Source: an uncultured delta proteobacterium (lineage in GTDB: Bacteria > Myxococcota_A > Polyangia > Haliangiales > Haliangiaceae). Taken from it: DNA of 64,000 bases. This document shows positions 9,494 through 18,728 of the stretch, one piece after another. Position 1 is the stretch's first letter, and every line of letters starts with the position of its first letter. The notes under the pieces were generated by a model, which worked only from the letters and a program-made list of their open reading frames with translations, was not told where the DNA came from and did not search any database. Position numbers and translations under genes: made by a program. Location of the stretch: assembly GCA_963848295.1 (NCBI GenBank), contig CAWKDB010000010.1, positions 1,376,001 to 1,440,000 of the forward strand, in the 5' to 3' direction.

Positions 9494-10987
9494 TCAGTCT
9501 CCTTCCGAGAGTGCGGTCCACAAGTGGATCACCGCGTACGAGCGAAATGGCCGCCACGCCTCGGCGCGCGCCTCCGCGGCTCGTGGCCCGGCGCCACGCA
9601 GCGCCTTCTTGATGCCGAGATCGGCGGCCGGGAACGCATCGGGATCGTGGAGCGCGCGCATCGCGAGGTAGTGCGCGGTCCATGGCCCGACGCCGGCGAG
9701 CCGCGTCGCTTCGGCGACGAACTCGTCGAGCGGCCGCGCCCCGTCCAACCGGAGCTGTCCGTTCGCGACCGCGCCGGCGAGCCCGTGCAACGCGACCGCA
9801 CGGTTCACGGGCATCCCGATCTTGACGATCCGCTCCCAGCCGACCGCATGAACCTCCACCGCGGTCGGGAACCGAGACGACAGCGCGGGCTCGGAGCCGG
9901 CGTACCGCCGACCGAATGCCGCGGCGAAGCGGCCGGCGAGCGTGCGCGCGGCCGCGACCGAGACTTGCTGTCCGAGCATCGCGCGCACCGCGGCCTCGAA
10001 CGGATCGATCGCGCCCGGCAAGCGCAGACCCGGGCGCGCCGCGACGGCCTTGCCGATCGTGCGATCGCGACGGAGCACGCGCGCGATCGCGTCGGGGCGT
10101 GCATCGAGATCGAACATCCGCCGGACGCGTGCACGCAGCGGCATCAGCACCGGCATCAGCTCCGGCGTCACCGCGAGCAGCAGCGCCGATCGGTTCGGGG
10201 CCGGCCGGACTTCGAGCTCGCCGGTATGTCCCGCGATGTGAACGATGCGGCGATAGACGTCGTCGCCGACGACCTCGACGCCGGGGATCGCGCGACCGCG
10301 CAAGAATCCGAGCAGCCGCGTCCAATCGTACGGCGGGCGATAGTCGAGCCGGAGTGCGACGCGGTCGCGGACCTCCGCGATCGGCCGAGCGCGCGACGGC
10401 GACTTGCCGATGCGCTGCGCGAACACCGCATTGAACCGGCGCACGCTCGAGAACCCGGACGCGAACGCGATCTCCGTGATCGGCAGCGCGGTGTCGTGCA
10501 GCAACTGTTTCGCGAGCGCGAGCCGCGCACTCTGGGCGAGCTCGACCGGCGACACGCCGAGCCGGGTCTCCGTCGCGCGCCGCACGTGCCGCGCCGTGAC
10601 GCCGAGCTCCGCCGCGAGCTCGTCGATCGAGCGGTCGTTCAGCGCGCCTTCTGCGATCCGGCGCGTCGCCGCTGCCGCGAGCGCATCGACCGCGTCGACA
10701 GGCGGCACGCGCTGCCGGCCCGCCGCCCCGCCGAATCGCGGTGCGATTAGATAGCCCGGCGGCGCACCGGGCGCGACTTCGGGGCGGCAGCGAAAGCACG
10801 CGCGGAAGCCGGCGCGCTCCGCGAGTGCAGCGCTCGCGTAGAACTCGCAGCGCGCTCGCGCGGGCACGCGCACCGGGCAGATCGGCCGACAGTAGATTCC
10901 TGTCGTCGTGACGCCGACGAAGAACACGCCGTCGAATCGCCGGTCGCGCGCGGCGAGCGCGGCGTAGCGAGCGTCATCGGTCATCAC
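9494..10987 (-). CDS. alkA: Ada Zn-binding/AraC-AlkA fusion (DNA-3-methyladenine glycosylase II)
   Basis: RDRRFDGVFFVGVTTTGIYCRPIC...FRACFRCRPE, AraC HTH, AlkA_N, HhH GVGPWTAHY, DAFPAADL, WRPFRSYA. Confidence 0.95.
   Translation of the reverse strand: MMTDDARYAALAARDRRFDGVFFVGVTTTGIYCRPICPVRVPARARCEFYASAALAERAGFRACFRCRPEVAPGAPPGYLIAPRFGGAAGRQRVPPVDAVDALAAAATRRIAEGALNDRSIDELAAELGVTARHVRRATETRLGVSPVELAQSARLALAKQLLHDTALPITEIAFASGFSSVRRFNAVFAQRIGKSPSRARPIAEVRDRVALRLDYRPPYDWTRLLGFLRGRAIPGVEVVGDDVYRRIVHIAGHTGELEVRPAPNRSALLLAVTPELMPVLMPLRARVRRMFDLDARPDAIARVLRRDRTIGKAVAARPGLRLPGAIDPFEAAVRAMLGQQVSVAAARTLAGRFAAAFGRRYAGSEPALSSRFPTAVEVHAVGWERIVKIGMPVNRAVALHGLAGAVANGQLRLDGARPLDEFVAEATRLAGVGPWTAHYLAMRALHDPDAFPAADLGIKKALRGAGPRAAEARAEAWRPFRSYAVIHLWTALSEGD
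10719..10745. repeat. Palindromic element copy A, inside the ada-alkA coding sequence
   Basis: CCCGCCGCCCCGCCGAATCGCGGTGCG; 23/27 identical to 12240-12266. Confidence 0.65.
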
Positions 10988-11057
10988 GGCTAGGGAGGTA
11001 GCACGCGGCGGTCAGACCGACTGGCCGTTTCCGGACCTCATCGCAAGATCGCGGCGG

Positions 11058-11240
11058 CTACTGCTTCTCGAGCGGAATCGCGCCGCTGTCGACGCTGATC
11101 GTGCTGAGGCCCGCGACTTGCCAGCCATCATCTCGCCGCATCGCGGCGGCCATGAGCTGCGCACGGGACGCTTGGTCCAGCGCTTCCCACTCCTCGGCCG
11201 TCATCACGAACCCGGCGAGCGCGATGTCACCCTTCATCAT
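11058..11240 (-). CDS. Small hypothetical protein (about 60 aa)
   Basis: MMKGDIALAGFVMTAEEWEALD...; purine-rich upstream sequence; fills the intergenic space. Confidence 0.5.
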   Translation of the reverse strand: MMKGDIALAGFVMTAEEWEALDQASRAQLMAAAMRRDDGWQVAGLSTISVDSGAIPLEKQ

Positions 11241-11294
11241 TTCACTTTCCGCATCCGACGACGCGGCGGCAAGTTTTCGTGCTAAACGCCGCCG

Positions 11295-12386
11295 GTGCCG
11301 CGTCACGTTACGTCTCGCTACGGCGATCCACTTACGCAAGTGTGGCTCGGGGCCGCGCGCGCGATCGGGCTACGAATCGTCCGAAGTCCGGACGCTTACG
11401 CCGCGACCGACGGCCGCGGCACGCTAGCGATCGCGACCGACGACGCGCTCGACGCCGACGACAGCCTCGCGCAGATGATCTTCCACGAGCTGTGCCATTC
11501 GCTCGTCGAAGGCGAAGCCGCGTTCTCGCTGCCGGACTGGGGCATGGACGCGACGGATTCCGGGGGCCCCGACCACGACTGGCGCGAACATGCCTGCTTG
11601 CGTGTGCAGTGGGTGCTGACCGGCCGCTACGGGCTGCGAACGCTGTTCGCCCCGACGACGGACTTCCGCGCGTTCTGGGATCCGCTGTCGGGAAACGTGC
11701 TCGCGGATCGCACCGAGCGATCCGTCCAAGCCGCGATCGCAGCGCTGCGCCGCGCCGAGCAGCCGCCGTGGTCGCCCGCGCTAGGCAACGCGCTCGCCGC
11801 GACGTCTGCGATCGCGATCGCCGCCGCGCCGTTCGCCGCTGCGGACTCGCTATGGCTTGGCGTCATCGCGCCACGACCACCACATCCGACGGGCTTACCC
11901 GGTGGAGACGCGAACGCGGGAACGTGCGGCACGTGCGCTTGGCGTCACGAGCAACGCGGTGCCGCGCGCTGCCGGCAAACCGAGACGAAGATCTCGGATG
12001 CGTGGCCGGCGTGCGAGCGACACGAGCCGGCGCTCGATTGCCAGACCTGCGGCGCGTGCTGCCGCGCCGCGTATCATTCCGTCGAAGTAGGGCGGCGCGA
12101 CCCGTGCGTCAAAGCGCAGCCGACGTACATCGTCGACCGCGGCACGCGACTCGAGATCCGCCGCGAGGGCGATCGCTGCGCCGCGCTGCACGGCGGCGAG
12201 CTCGAGCGCGACCACTCGACGGTCACGGCTTGCCCGGGACCGGCAGCACCGCCGAATGGCGGTGCGGTGTTGCAGACGCGCTATCACTGTGCGATCTACG
12301 ACGACCGGCCGAAGACGTGCCGCGACTTCACGCTCGGCTCCGCTCATTGCCTGACCGCACGCCGCCGAGTCGGCCTCAGCTCGTGA
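11295..12386 (+). CDS. HExxH domain fused to a YkgJ-family (CxxCxxCC) cysteine-cluster domain
   Basis: FHELCH...DWG...REHAC; CGTC...C...C; DCQTCGACCR...C...CAIYDDRPKTCRDF. Confidence 0.85.
   Translation: MPRHVTSRYGDPLTQVWLGAARAIGLRIVRSPDAYAATDGRGTLAIATDDALDADDSLAQMIFHELCHSLVEGEAAFSLPDWGMDATDSGGPDHDWREHACLRVQWVLTGRYGLRTLFAPTTDFRAFWDPLSGNVLADRTERSVQAAIAALRRAEQPPWSPALGNALAATSAIAIAAAPFAAADSLWLGVIAPRPPHPTGLPGGDANAGTCGTCAWRHEQRGAARCRQTETKISDAWPACERHEPALDCQTCGACCRAAYHSVEVGRRDPCVKAQPTYIVDRGTRLEIRREGDRCAALHGGELERDHSTVTACPGPAAPPNGGAVLQTRYHCAIYDDRPKTCRDFTLGSAHCLTARRRVGLSS
12240..12266. repeat. Palindromic element copy B, inside the YkgJ-domain coding sequence
   Basis: Perfect hairpin GCACCGCC-GAAT-GGCGGTGC; 23/27 identical to 10719-10745. 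Confidence 0.65.
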
Positions 12387-12440
12387 GCTTGACGCAATGT
12401 GTTTCTCGCGGTTGCGCGGATTTCGCGCCACGATGGCGCC

Positions 12441-14225
12441 ATGCCCGACGAGCGCGACCGCGACCGCGACGCCGCCACTGATCCGATCGTCACCGAGATG
12501 CCCGCCTCGACCGCCGCGCAACTCGCGACGCTCGCCGGCAAGTTTCCCGAGCGCTATCGCCTCGCCGGTACGCTCGGCACCGGCGGCATGGGCGAGGTGA
12601 TCCTCGCGACCGATACGCAGATCGGCCGCGAAGTCGCGATCAAGCGCATGCGGCTCGCGCCGAGCGCCGGCTCGATCGCGCGGTTCGAGCGCGAAGCGAA
12701 GATCCAGGCGCGACTCGAGCACCCCGCGATCGTGCCGGTCCACGAGCTCGCGAACGATGCGGCCGGTCAGCCGTTCTTCGTGATGAAGCGGCTCGCCGGC
12801 ACGACGCTGTACGACGTGATCGTCGCGCGCAACGCGAAGTTCTCGCGCAACAAGCTGCTCCGATCGTTTGCGGATGCGTGCCTCGCGGTCGAGCTCGCGC
12901 ACAGCCGCGGCATCGTGCATCGCGACCTCAAGCCGAACAACATCATGCTCGGCGACTTCGGCGAGACCTACGTGCTCGATTGGGGCATCGCGCGCGTGCT
13001 CGGTGAAGCCGACACGATCGAGCCGGCGTGGCGCGACACGTCGGTCGGCGGAGCGACTCAGGTCGGCGCGATCTTCGGCACGCCTGGCTACATCGCGCCC
13101 GAGATGTTGCGCGGGCAGCCGGTTGACGGCCGAGCCGATGTCTATGCGCTCGGCTGCATCCTGTTCGAGATCCTCGCGGGCGAGCCGTTGTTGCCGCCCG
13201 GTCGAGCCGGCATGACCGCCGCGCTCGACGACGTCGATGCTCGCCCGTCCGTGCGCGCACCGGATCGCGAGATCCCGCTCGAGCTCGACAGCATCTGCGT
13301 CGACGCGACTCGCACCGATCGCGACCTGCGGCTACCGACCGCGCGATCGCTCGCCGAACGCGTCGAGCACTTTCTCGATGGCGATCGCGATCACGCGCAA
13401 CGCAAGGCGCTCGCCGAGGGCCATCTCGCGACCGCTCGCGCCGCGATCGCGGCCGGCGACTCCGAAGCACAGCGCGCGTTCGCGATGCGCGAAGCCGGGA
13501 GCGCGCTCGCGCTCGATCCCACCGGCGGCGGTGCCGCCGAGCTCGTCGGCCGGCTCATGCTGGAGCCGCCGCGCGAGGTGCCTCGCGAAGTCGAGGACCG
13601 GCTCGCCGAGCTCGACGATCGCGCGCGCCGGACGAAGCTCGCCGCGGTATGGCCAGCACACCTGATATATCTCGCGCTCTCACCGCTGATCGTGATCCTC
13701 GGCCTGCACGGCGGCGCCGCGATCGCGACGCTGTGCACGGCGATCGCGCTCAACGCGTTCGTGTCGTTTCGACTGTCGCGGCAACACGAGCCGATCTCCG
13801 CGAACGACATGTACTTCACGGTGATCGTGACCGCGCTGTTGATCGGCACGATCGCGCGGCTGTTCTCGCCGCCGCTCGTCGCACCCGGCATCACGACGCT
13901 CGCGGTGTTCATGTTCGCGGTCGATCAGCGGATTCGCCTGCTCCCGCTGATCGGCGCGTTGATGGGCGCGATGCTCCTGCCGTGGGGCCTCGAGCTTCTC
14001 GGCCAATGGTCGCGCACGATCAGCTCGGACCACGGCAACCTCGTGCTGCACTCCGAAGCGTTCGAGGCGCGATACCCCAACTCCGAGATCGCGCTCGCCG
14101 GTTTCATCGCGACACTCATCGTGTTCTCCGCCATGTTCGCGCGCCGCGTCGCCTCGTCGGAGCGCTCCGCCGTGCGCGCGCTCGAGCTGCAAGCGTGGCA
14201 CTTGCGGCAGCTCGTTCGGCGCTAG
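12441..14225 (+). CDS. Ser/Thr protein kinase with C-terminal multi-pass membrane domain
   Basis: GTGGMGEV, VAIK, HRDLKPNN, DWG, GTPGYIAPE, DVYALG; several C-terminal hydrophobic helices. Confidence 0.95.
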   Translation: MPDERDRDRDAATDPIVTEMPASTAAQLATLAGKFPERYRLAGTLGTGGMGEVILATDTQIGREVAIKRMRLAPSAGSIARFEREAKIQARLEHPAIVPVHELANDAAGQPFFVMKRLAGTTLYDVIVARNAKFSRNKLLRSFADACLAVELAHSRGIVHRDLKPNNIMLGDFGETYVLDWGIARVLGEADTIEPAWRDTSVGGATQVGAIFGTPGYIAPEMLRGQPVDGRADVYALGCILFEILAGEPLLPPGRAGMTAALDDVDARPSVRAPDREIPLELDSICVDATRTDRDLRLPTARSLAERVEHFLDGDRDHAQRKALAEGHLATARAAIAAGDSEAQRAFAMREAGSALALDPTGGGAAELVGRLMLEPPREVPREVEDRLAELDDRARRTKLAAVWPAHLIYLALSPLIVILGLHGGAAIATLCTAIALNAFVSFRLSRQHEPISANDMYFTVIVTALLIGTIARLFSPPLVAPGITTLAVFMFAVDQRIRLLPLIGALMGAMLLPWGLELLGQWSRTISSDHGNLVLHSEAFEARYPNSEIALAGFIATLIVFSAMFARRVASSERSAVRALELQAWHLRQLVRR

Positions 14226-15496
14226 GTCTTCGCGCCCGGTAAGCGCGGCGCGAGCGACGCGAGGCCTTGAAGCGTCGCCGGGAGATCGACGCCGAGCATC
14301 TGCTTGAGTTGCTCGGACGTCACCGCCGCTTTGACCGCGAAGTTGCCGCCGTTCATCGCGAGATCCTTGTCGATCACGGTGAGCCGATCGACCGGCATGT
14401 CACCGACCGTTTGCATCATGGTACCGATCAGACCGGAGAGCTTCTGCGCGACGAAGATCTGACGCGCGCTGTCGCCTGCTTTTGCCCAGGTCTCACCGAG
14501 CGCGCGGATCGCCGCCGCGGTCGCCTTGCCCTCTTCGCTGATCTTCGACGCCTGGCCGCGTGCCTGCGCGACGAGCTGCGACTTGCGCGCCTCCGCCGGC
14601 TTGACCTTGTCCGCGATCAGCTGGAACCGCACCTGCGCGAGCCGCGCGCGTTGCACCGCGACATCTGCGATCGCTTGCGCGAGCAGCGCTTGGACCTGGC
14701 CTTTAGATTCAGCGATCAACGCGCCGCTGCGAGTTTGCGCTTCCGCGATCCGTCGTTGGCCTTCCGCGCGCGCCGTCGCGATCTGCGCCTCGACCTTCGA
14801 GATCTCTTGGTTCTGCAAGTTCGCCGCCGCGTTCTCGGCCGCGAGCGCACCGTTCTCCGCTTCCGCGATCCGCGACTTCTTCAACAGCTCTGCGGTCGAC
14901 CGCCGTCCGATCGAGCCGAGATAGCCCTTGTCATCGGACACGTGCTGGATCTTGAGCGTGTCGAGCTCCAAGCCGAGCCGGCCGAGATCGTGATCCGCTT
15001 CGCGCAAGAGCTCGCCCGCGAACTTCTCGCGATCCTGGTTCACCTCCTCCGGAGTCAGCGTCGACAGCACGCCGCGCAGGTTTCCTTCGAGGGTCTCGCG
15101 CGCGATCGTCATGATCTGATCGCGCGTCATCCCGAGGAACCGCTCGACCGCGTTCGCGAGCTGCTGGGGCTTGCTCGACACCTTGACGTTCGCGACGCCC
15201 TGCACGTTCAGCGCGACGCCGCCCTTCGAGTACGCGCCTTGAACGCGCAGCTCGATCATCATGTTCGTGAGATCCATGCGATCGACGACCTCGATCAACG
15301 GGATGCGCAGGCCGCGCCCGCCCTGGACGACGCGGTACCCGATCGTGCGGTCCTCGCCGGGAATCTGGTGGTGGCCGCCGGAGAAGATCAGCACCTCGTT
15401 CGGCGGGCAGATGTAGACGATGCGCTTGATGATCGCGGCGAGCACGGCGAACGCGCCGACGATCGCGACCGCAGCGACGACGATGACGTTCTGCAT
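14222..15496 (-). CDS. Flotillin (SPFH) family protein
   Basis: N-terminal TM, ICPPNEVLIFSG, AYSKGGVAL.V.GVANVK, TLEGNLRGVL, AEA-rich coiled coil. Confidence 0.93.
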   Translation of the reverse strand: MQNVIVVAAVAIVGAFAVLAAIIKRIVYICPPNEVLIFSGGHHQIPGEDRTIGYRVVQGGRGLRIPLIEVVDRMDLTNMMIELRVQGAYSKGGVALNVQGVANVKVSSKPQQLANAVERFLGMTRDQIMTIARETLEGNLRGVLSTLTPEEVNQDREKFAGELLREADHDLGRLGLELDTLKIQHVSDDKGYLGSIGRRSTAELLKKSRIAEAENGALAAENAAANLQNQEISKVEAQIATARAEGQRRIAEAQTRSGALIAESKGQVQALLAQAIADVAVQRARLAQVRFQLIADKVKPAEARKSQLVAQARGQASKISEEGKATAAAIRALGETWAKAGDSARQIFVAQKLSGLIGTMMQTVGDMPVDRLTVIDKDLAMNGGNFAVKAAVTSEQLKQMLGVDLPATLQGLASLAPRLPGAKT

Positions 15497-15498
15497 GA

Positions 15499-16782
15499 CT
15501 AGCTCCTCCCGCTGCCACCGGGCGTGCCGGTGATGACCTTCGAGATGTCGATGCCGAGCGTTCGCGTGACCTGCTCGAGTAGCGCGTTCATCGTCGCGGG
15601 ATACGACGCGGCGTACGCGGGCAGCGTCTTGCCGTCGCCGCCGTCGATGACGTGGACCTCGCCGACCTTGAGCCGGCGCGTCGCAGTCGCGACGTCCGCG
15701 AAGATCTGCTCGAGGTGCTGGAGTACGAACATGTCCATCGCGCGGCCACCGCTGTCACGCCACGCGGCCGCGACATCGGACAGCGATTGCGACATGGCCT
15801 CGCCGTCGGCTTGGATCGGCGCGGCTTGGCCGGCGTTGAACAGCTCGCGCACTTGCGCTTCGATCTCGGCGGGGATCGAGACCTCCGCTTGCAACCGCAA
15901 CGTCTCGAGCTCGCCGCGTACTTTCTGAAGCTCGAGCTCGGCTTCGGCGCGCGCTTGTTGGCCCGAGGCCTCGGCGCGCAGCTCTTCGGAGCGCGCTTCG
16001 CCATCGACCTCGGCGACGATCTGGCGGAGCTCGTTCTGCTTGCGCTGGACCGCGGCCTGCGCGTTCGTCTGGGCGACTTGCCCTCGCGCCGCCGCTCCGG
16101 CCTCGGCTTGAGCCGCTTCGCGCGCTGCATCGGACTCCGAGACTTCTGCGGAGCGCAGGATCTCGGCGATGCGCTGGCGGCTGATGCTCTCGAGGTAGTT
16201 GCCGTCGTCCGCGACGTGCTGGATCTTCAAGACGTCGAGCTCGAGGCCGAGCTTCTGCAAGTCGGGCGTCGCCGATTCTTCGAGGTGATGTGCGAACTCG
16301 AGCCTGTCCTCGTTCAGCGACTCCGGTGTCATCGCCGCGAGCACGCCGCGCAAGTGACCTTCGAGCGTCTCTTTGACGACACGCGCGATCTCGAGTTGGT
16401 CCCGGCCGAGGAAGCGCTCGATCGCGTTGCCGACGAACCGGCGATCGGTCGACACCTTGACGTTCGCGATCGCGTGGACATTGAGCGGGATGCCGCCCTT
16501 CGAGTACGCTCCCTGCACCGCGATCGGCACCGAGATCAGCGAGACGTCCATCCGGTTGACCGATTCCATGACCGGCACGCGCACGCCACGGCCGCCGAAC
16601 ACGACGCGGTAGCCGACGATATGGCCATCTTCGGTCGCGTGCTTGCGGCCGGAGAAGATCAGGATCTCGTTCGGCCGACAGATCCGCAGCAAATAGCGGT
16701 ACAGCACGATCAGCACCACCAAGACGGCGGCGCCGGCCACGACCCCTGCGATCACTTCGGGCGGAATTTTGACGTTGCTCAT
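15499..16782 (-). CDS. Flotillin (SPFH) family protein, paralog
   Basis: ICRPNEILIFSG, AYSKGGIPL, TLEGHLRGVL, coiled coil. Confidence 0.93.
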   Translation of the reverse strand: MSNVKIPPEVIAGVVAGAAVLVVLIVLYRYLLRICRPNEILIFSGRKHATEDGHIVGYRVVFGGRGVRVPVMESVNRMDVSLISVPIAVQGAYSKGGIPLNVHAIANVKVSTDRRFVGNAIERFLGRDQLEIARVVKETLEGHLRGVLAAMTPESLNEDRLEFAHHLEESATPDLQKLGLELDVLKIQHVADDGNYLESISRQRIAEILRSAEVSESDAAREAAQAEAGAAARGQVAQTNAQAAVQRKQNELRQIVAEVDGEARSEELRAEASGQQARAEAELELQKVRGELETLRLQAEVSIPAEIEAQVRELFNAGQAAPIQADGEAMSQSLSDVAAAWRDSGGRAMDMFVLQHLEQIFADVATATRRLKVGEVHVIDGGDGKTLPAYAASYPATMNALLEQVTRTLGIDISKVITGTPGGSGRS

Positions 16783-16819
16783 CCTGTGCCTCCCCAGACG
16801 ATTAGCGCGACGGCCGACG

Positions 16820-17353
16820 CTACATCTCGGGCTTGGCGACGAGCAACGCCCCGTGCTCGTCTTCTGCGACGACCGTCACCGGTGCTCCCGTCGGTAACTC
16901 GCCGGTGCCCTCGGCGACGACCGCGGTGAAATCCTCGGTGTGACCCTTGATCGAGATCCGCACTTGGCTCGGCTTGCCGGGGCCCGCCGGCAGCAGCAAC
17001 TGTCCGGTCATCCCGACGAGCTCGTTCGAATCGATCGCGCTCGACACGCTGCGCTTCGTCAACCCGCGAATGATGCCGACGGCGAGCGCGCCGCTCGTCC
17101 AGCCGATCGCGAGCGCGGCGAGCGCGGTGACGAGCTCGCTCGAGCCGAGCGCCCCGAGCGCGAGCCCGGCCCCGCCGCCGAACGTGAGCACGAACACCCA
17201 GAACCGCAGCGACGTCACCGGCGCCCAGCCCAAGCCCGGTGCGCTGTCGCCGTGGCTCCCATGGCCGGCATGAACATCCTTGCCGTCGAGGACGAACGAC
17301 GCGATCAGCAGCGTCAACCCGAAAGCCACCGCGCCTAAGTAGAGATGCGTCAT
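16820..17353 (-). CDS. NfeD/YqiJ-like membrane protein, flotillin partner
   Basis: Likely start MTHLYLG (ATG 17353); three TM segments, His-rich loop, SLRFW..LTFGG.G, C-terminal OB-like domain; directly upstream of the flotillins. Confidence 0.85.
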   Translation of the reverse strand: MTHLYLGAVAFGLTLLIASFVLDGKDVHAGHGSHGDSAPGLGWAPVTSLRFWVFVLTFGGGAGLALGALGSSELVTALAALAIGWTSGALAVGIIRGLTKRSVSSAIDSNELVGMTGQLLLPAGPGKPSQVRISIKGHTEDFTAVVAEGTGELPTGAPVTVVAEDEHGALLVAKPEM

Positions 17354-17379
17354 CGGCTCGCCCCTAACGTAACGCGAGC

Positions 17380-18708
17380 TTACCCCAGCGATCGCGGTCG
17401 CGCCCGCAGGAACACCGCGTAGACGACCGCACCGAGCGCCATCACGCCGACGCCGAACAGCGAGACCATCGGCGTCGTGACCAGCGTATTCGCGAGCAGC
17501 AGGATCGCTACCACGATGAACACGACCGGCACGATCGGAAAGCCGGGCACTCGAAACGGTCGCTCGCGATCGGGCTCGCGCCGGCGGAGCGCGAGCACCG
17601 ACACCGCGTTCATCGCGTAGAACAGCCACGAGGCGAACACGACGGCGTCGGTCAAGTCGTCGAATTCGCCGGACAGCGCGAGCACACTCGCCCACGCGCC
17701 TTGCACGACCACCGATACTCTCGGCACCCGCGCACCCGCGGCGACGCGCGCGAACATCTTCGGAGCGAGCCCGTCCTTCGCGACCGCGTAAGGCACGCGC
17801 GCGCCCGTCAACATCGCGCCGGTCATCGCCGAGATCGCGGCGATCGCCATCGCGGCCGTGATCAGCAGCTCGCCGGTCGGTCCGACGAGCGCGGCCGCGA
17901 CTCGACTCGCGACCGACGGCGCATGCGGAAAGCGCTTCGAGTTGCTCGTCACGACGTCGGCGAGCGGCACGGCGTGAAAATAGCCGGCGTTGATCGCGAG
18001 ATAGATCGCGAGCACCGCGAGCGATCCGAGCAACAGCGCACGCGGCACGTTGCGCCCGGGGTCGCGCACCTCCCCGGCTGCCATCGGCAAGTTGTTCCAG
18101 CCGTCGTAAGCCCACAACGCGGCGACGACCATCGCGCCGAACGCACTCCACCCGGGAAAGCCGCCGGCCGCGGTCAGCCGGCCGAAGTCGCCGCTCGGCG
18201 AGCCGAGCGCGGCCGCCGCGAGCCCGACGATCAACGCGACCTTGAGCGCGGTCAGCGCGGTCTGCACCCCGCCGCCGGCCTTCACGTTCAGGCAGTTGAC
18301 GCCGGTGAACAGCGCGATCACGCCGAGCGCGACCGGCGTGCCGCCGCCGACGAACGTCGCCGTGCCGACGGCGTACGCCGCGATCGATCCGGGCGTGCCG
18401 ATCCAGAACCGCGTCCAGCCGTACAGAAAGGCGGCGAACCGGCCCCAGCCCTCGCGGAGGTACACGTACTCGCCACCGGCGAGCGGAAACATCGCGCCGA
18501 GCTCGGCGTAGGTCAGCGCGCCGGCGAGCGAGAGCACCCCGGCGACGATCCACGCAGTCAAGACCCACGCCGGCGAGCCGAGCTGGGCCATCACCGCGGT
18601 CTTCAAGAACACGCCGGTGCCGATGATCGTGCCGACGACGAGCGACGCCGCGGCCCACGGCCCGAGCGCGCGTCTTAATTCATTCGTGCTCGTAGTCGCG
18701 CTCGTGAT
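17380..18708 (-). CDS. APC family amino acid permease; start codon non-canonical or mutated
   Basis: LRRALGPWAAASLVVGTIIGTGVF, YAELGAMFP.AGGEYVYL, LWAYDGW, RPFRVPGFP. Family-like sequence extends upstream of the first canonical start (18612). Confidence 0.9.
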   Translation of the reverse strand: MTSATTSTNELRRALGPWAAASLVVGTIIGTGVFLKTAVMAQLGSPAWVLTAWIVAGVLSLAGALTYAELGAMFPLAGGEYVYLREGWGRFAAFLYGWTRFWIGTPGSIAAYAVGTATFVGGGTPVALGVIALFTGVNCLNVKAGGGVQTALTALKVALIVGLAAAALGSPSGDFGRLTAAGGFPGWSAFGAMVVAALWAYDGWNNLPMAAGEVRDPGRNVPRALLLGSLAVLAIYLAINAGYFHAVPLADVVTSNSKRFPHAPSVASRVAAALVGPTGELLITAAMAIAAISAMTGAMLTGARVPYAVAKDGLAPKMFARVAAGARVPRVSVVVQGAWASVLALSGEFDDLTDAVVFASWLFYAMNAVSVLALRRREPDRERPFRVPGFPIVPVVFIVVAILLLANTLVTTPMVSLFGVGVMALGAVVYAVFLRARPRSLG

Positions 18709-18728
18709 CGAGCGAGTATAAGCGACTC

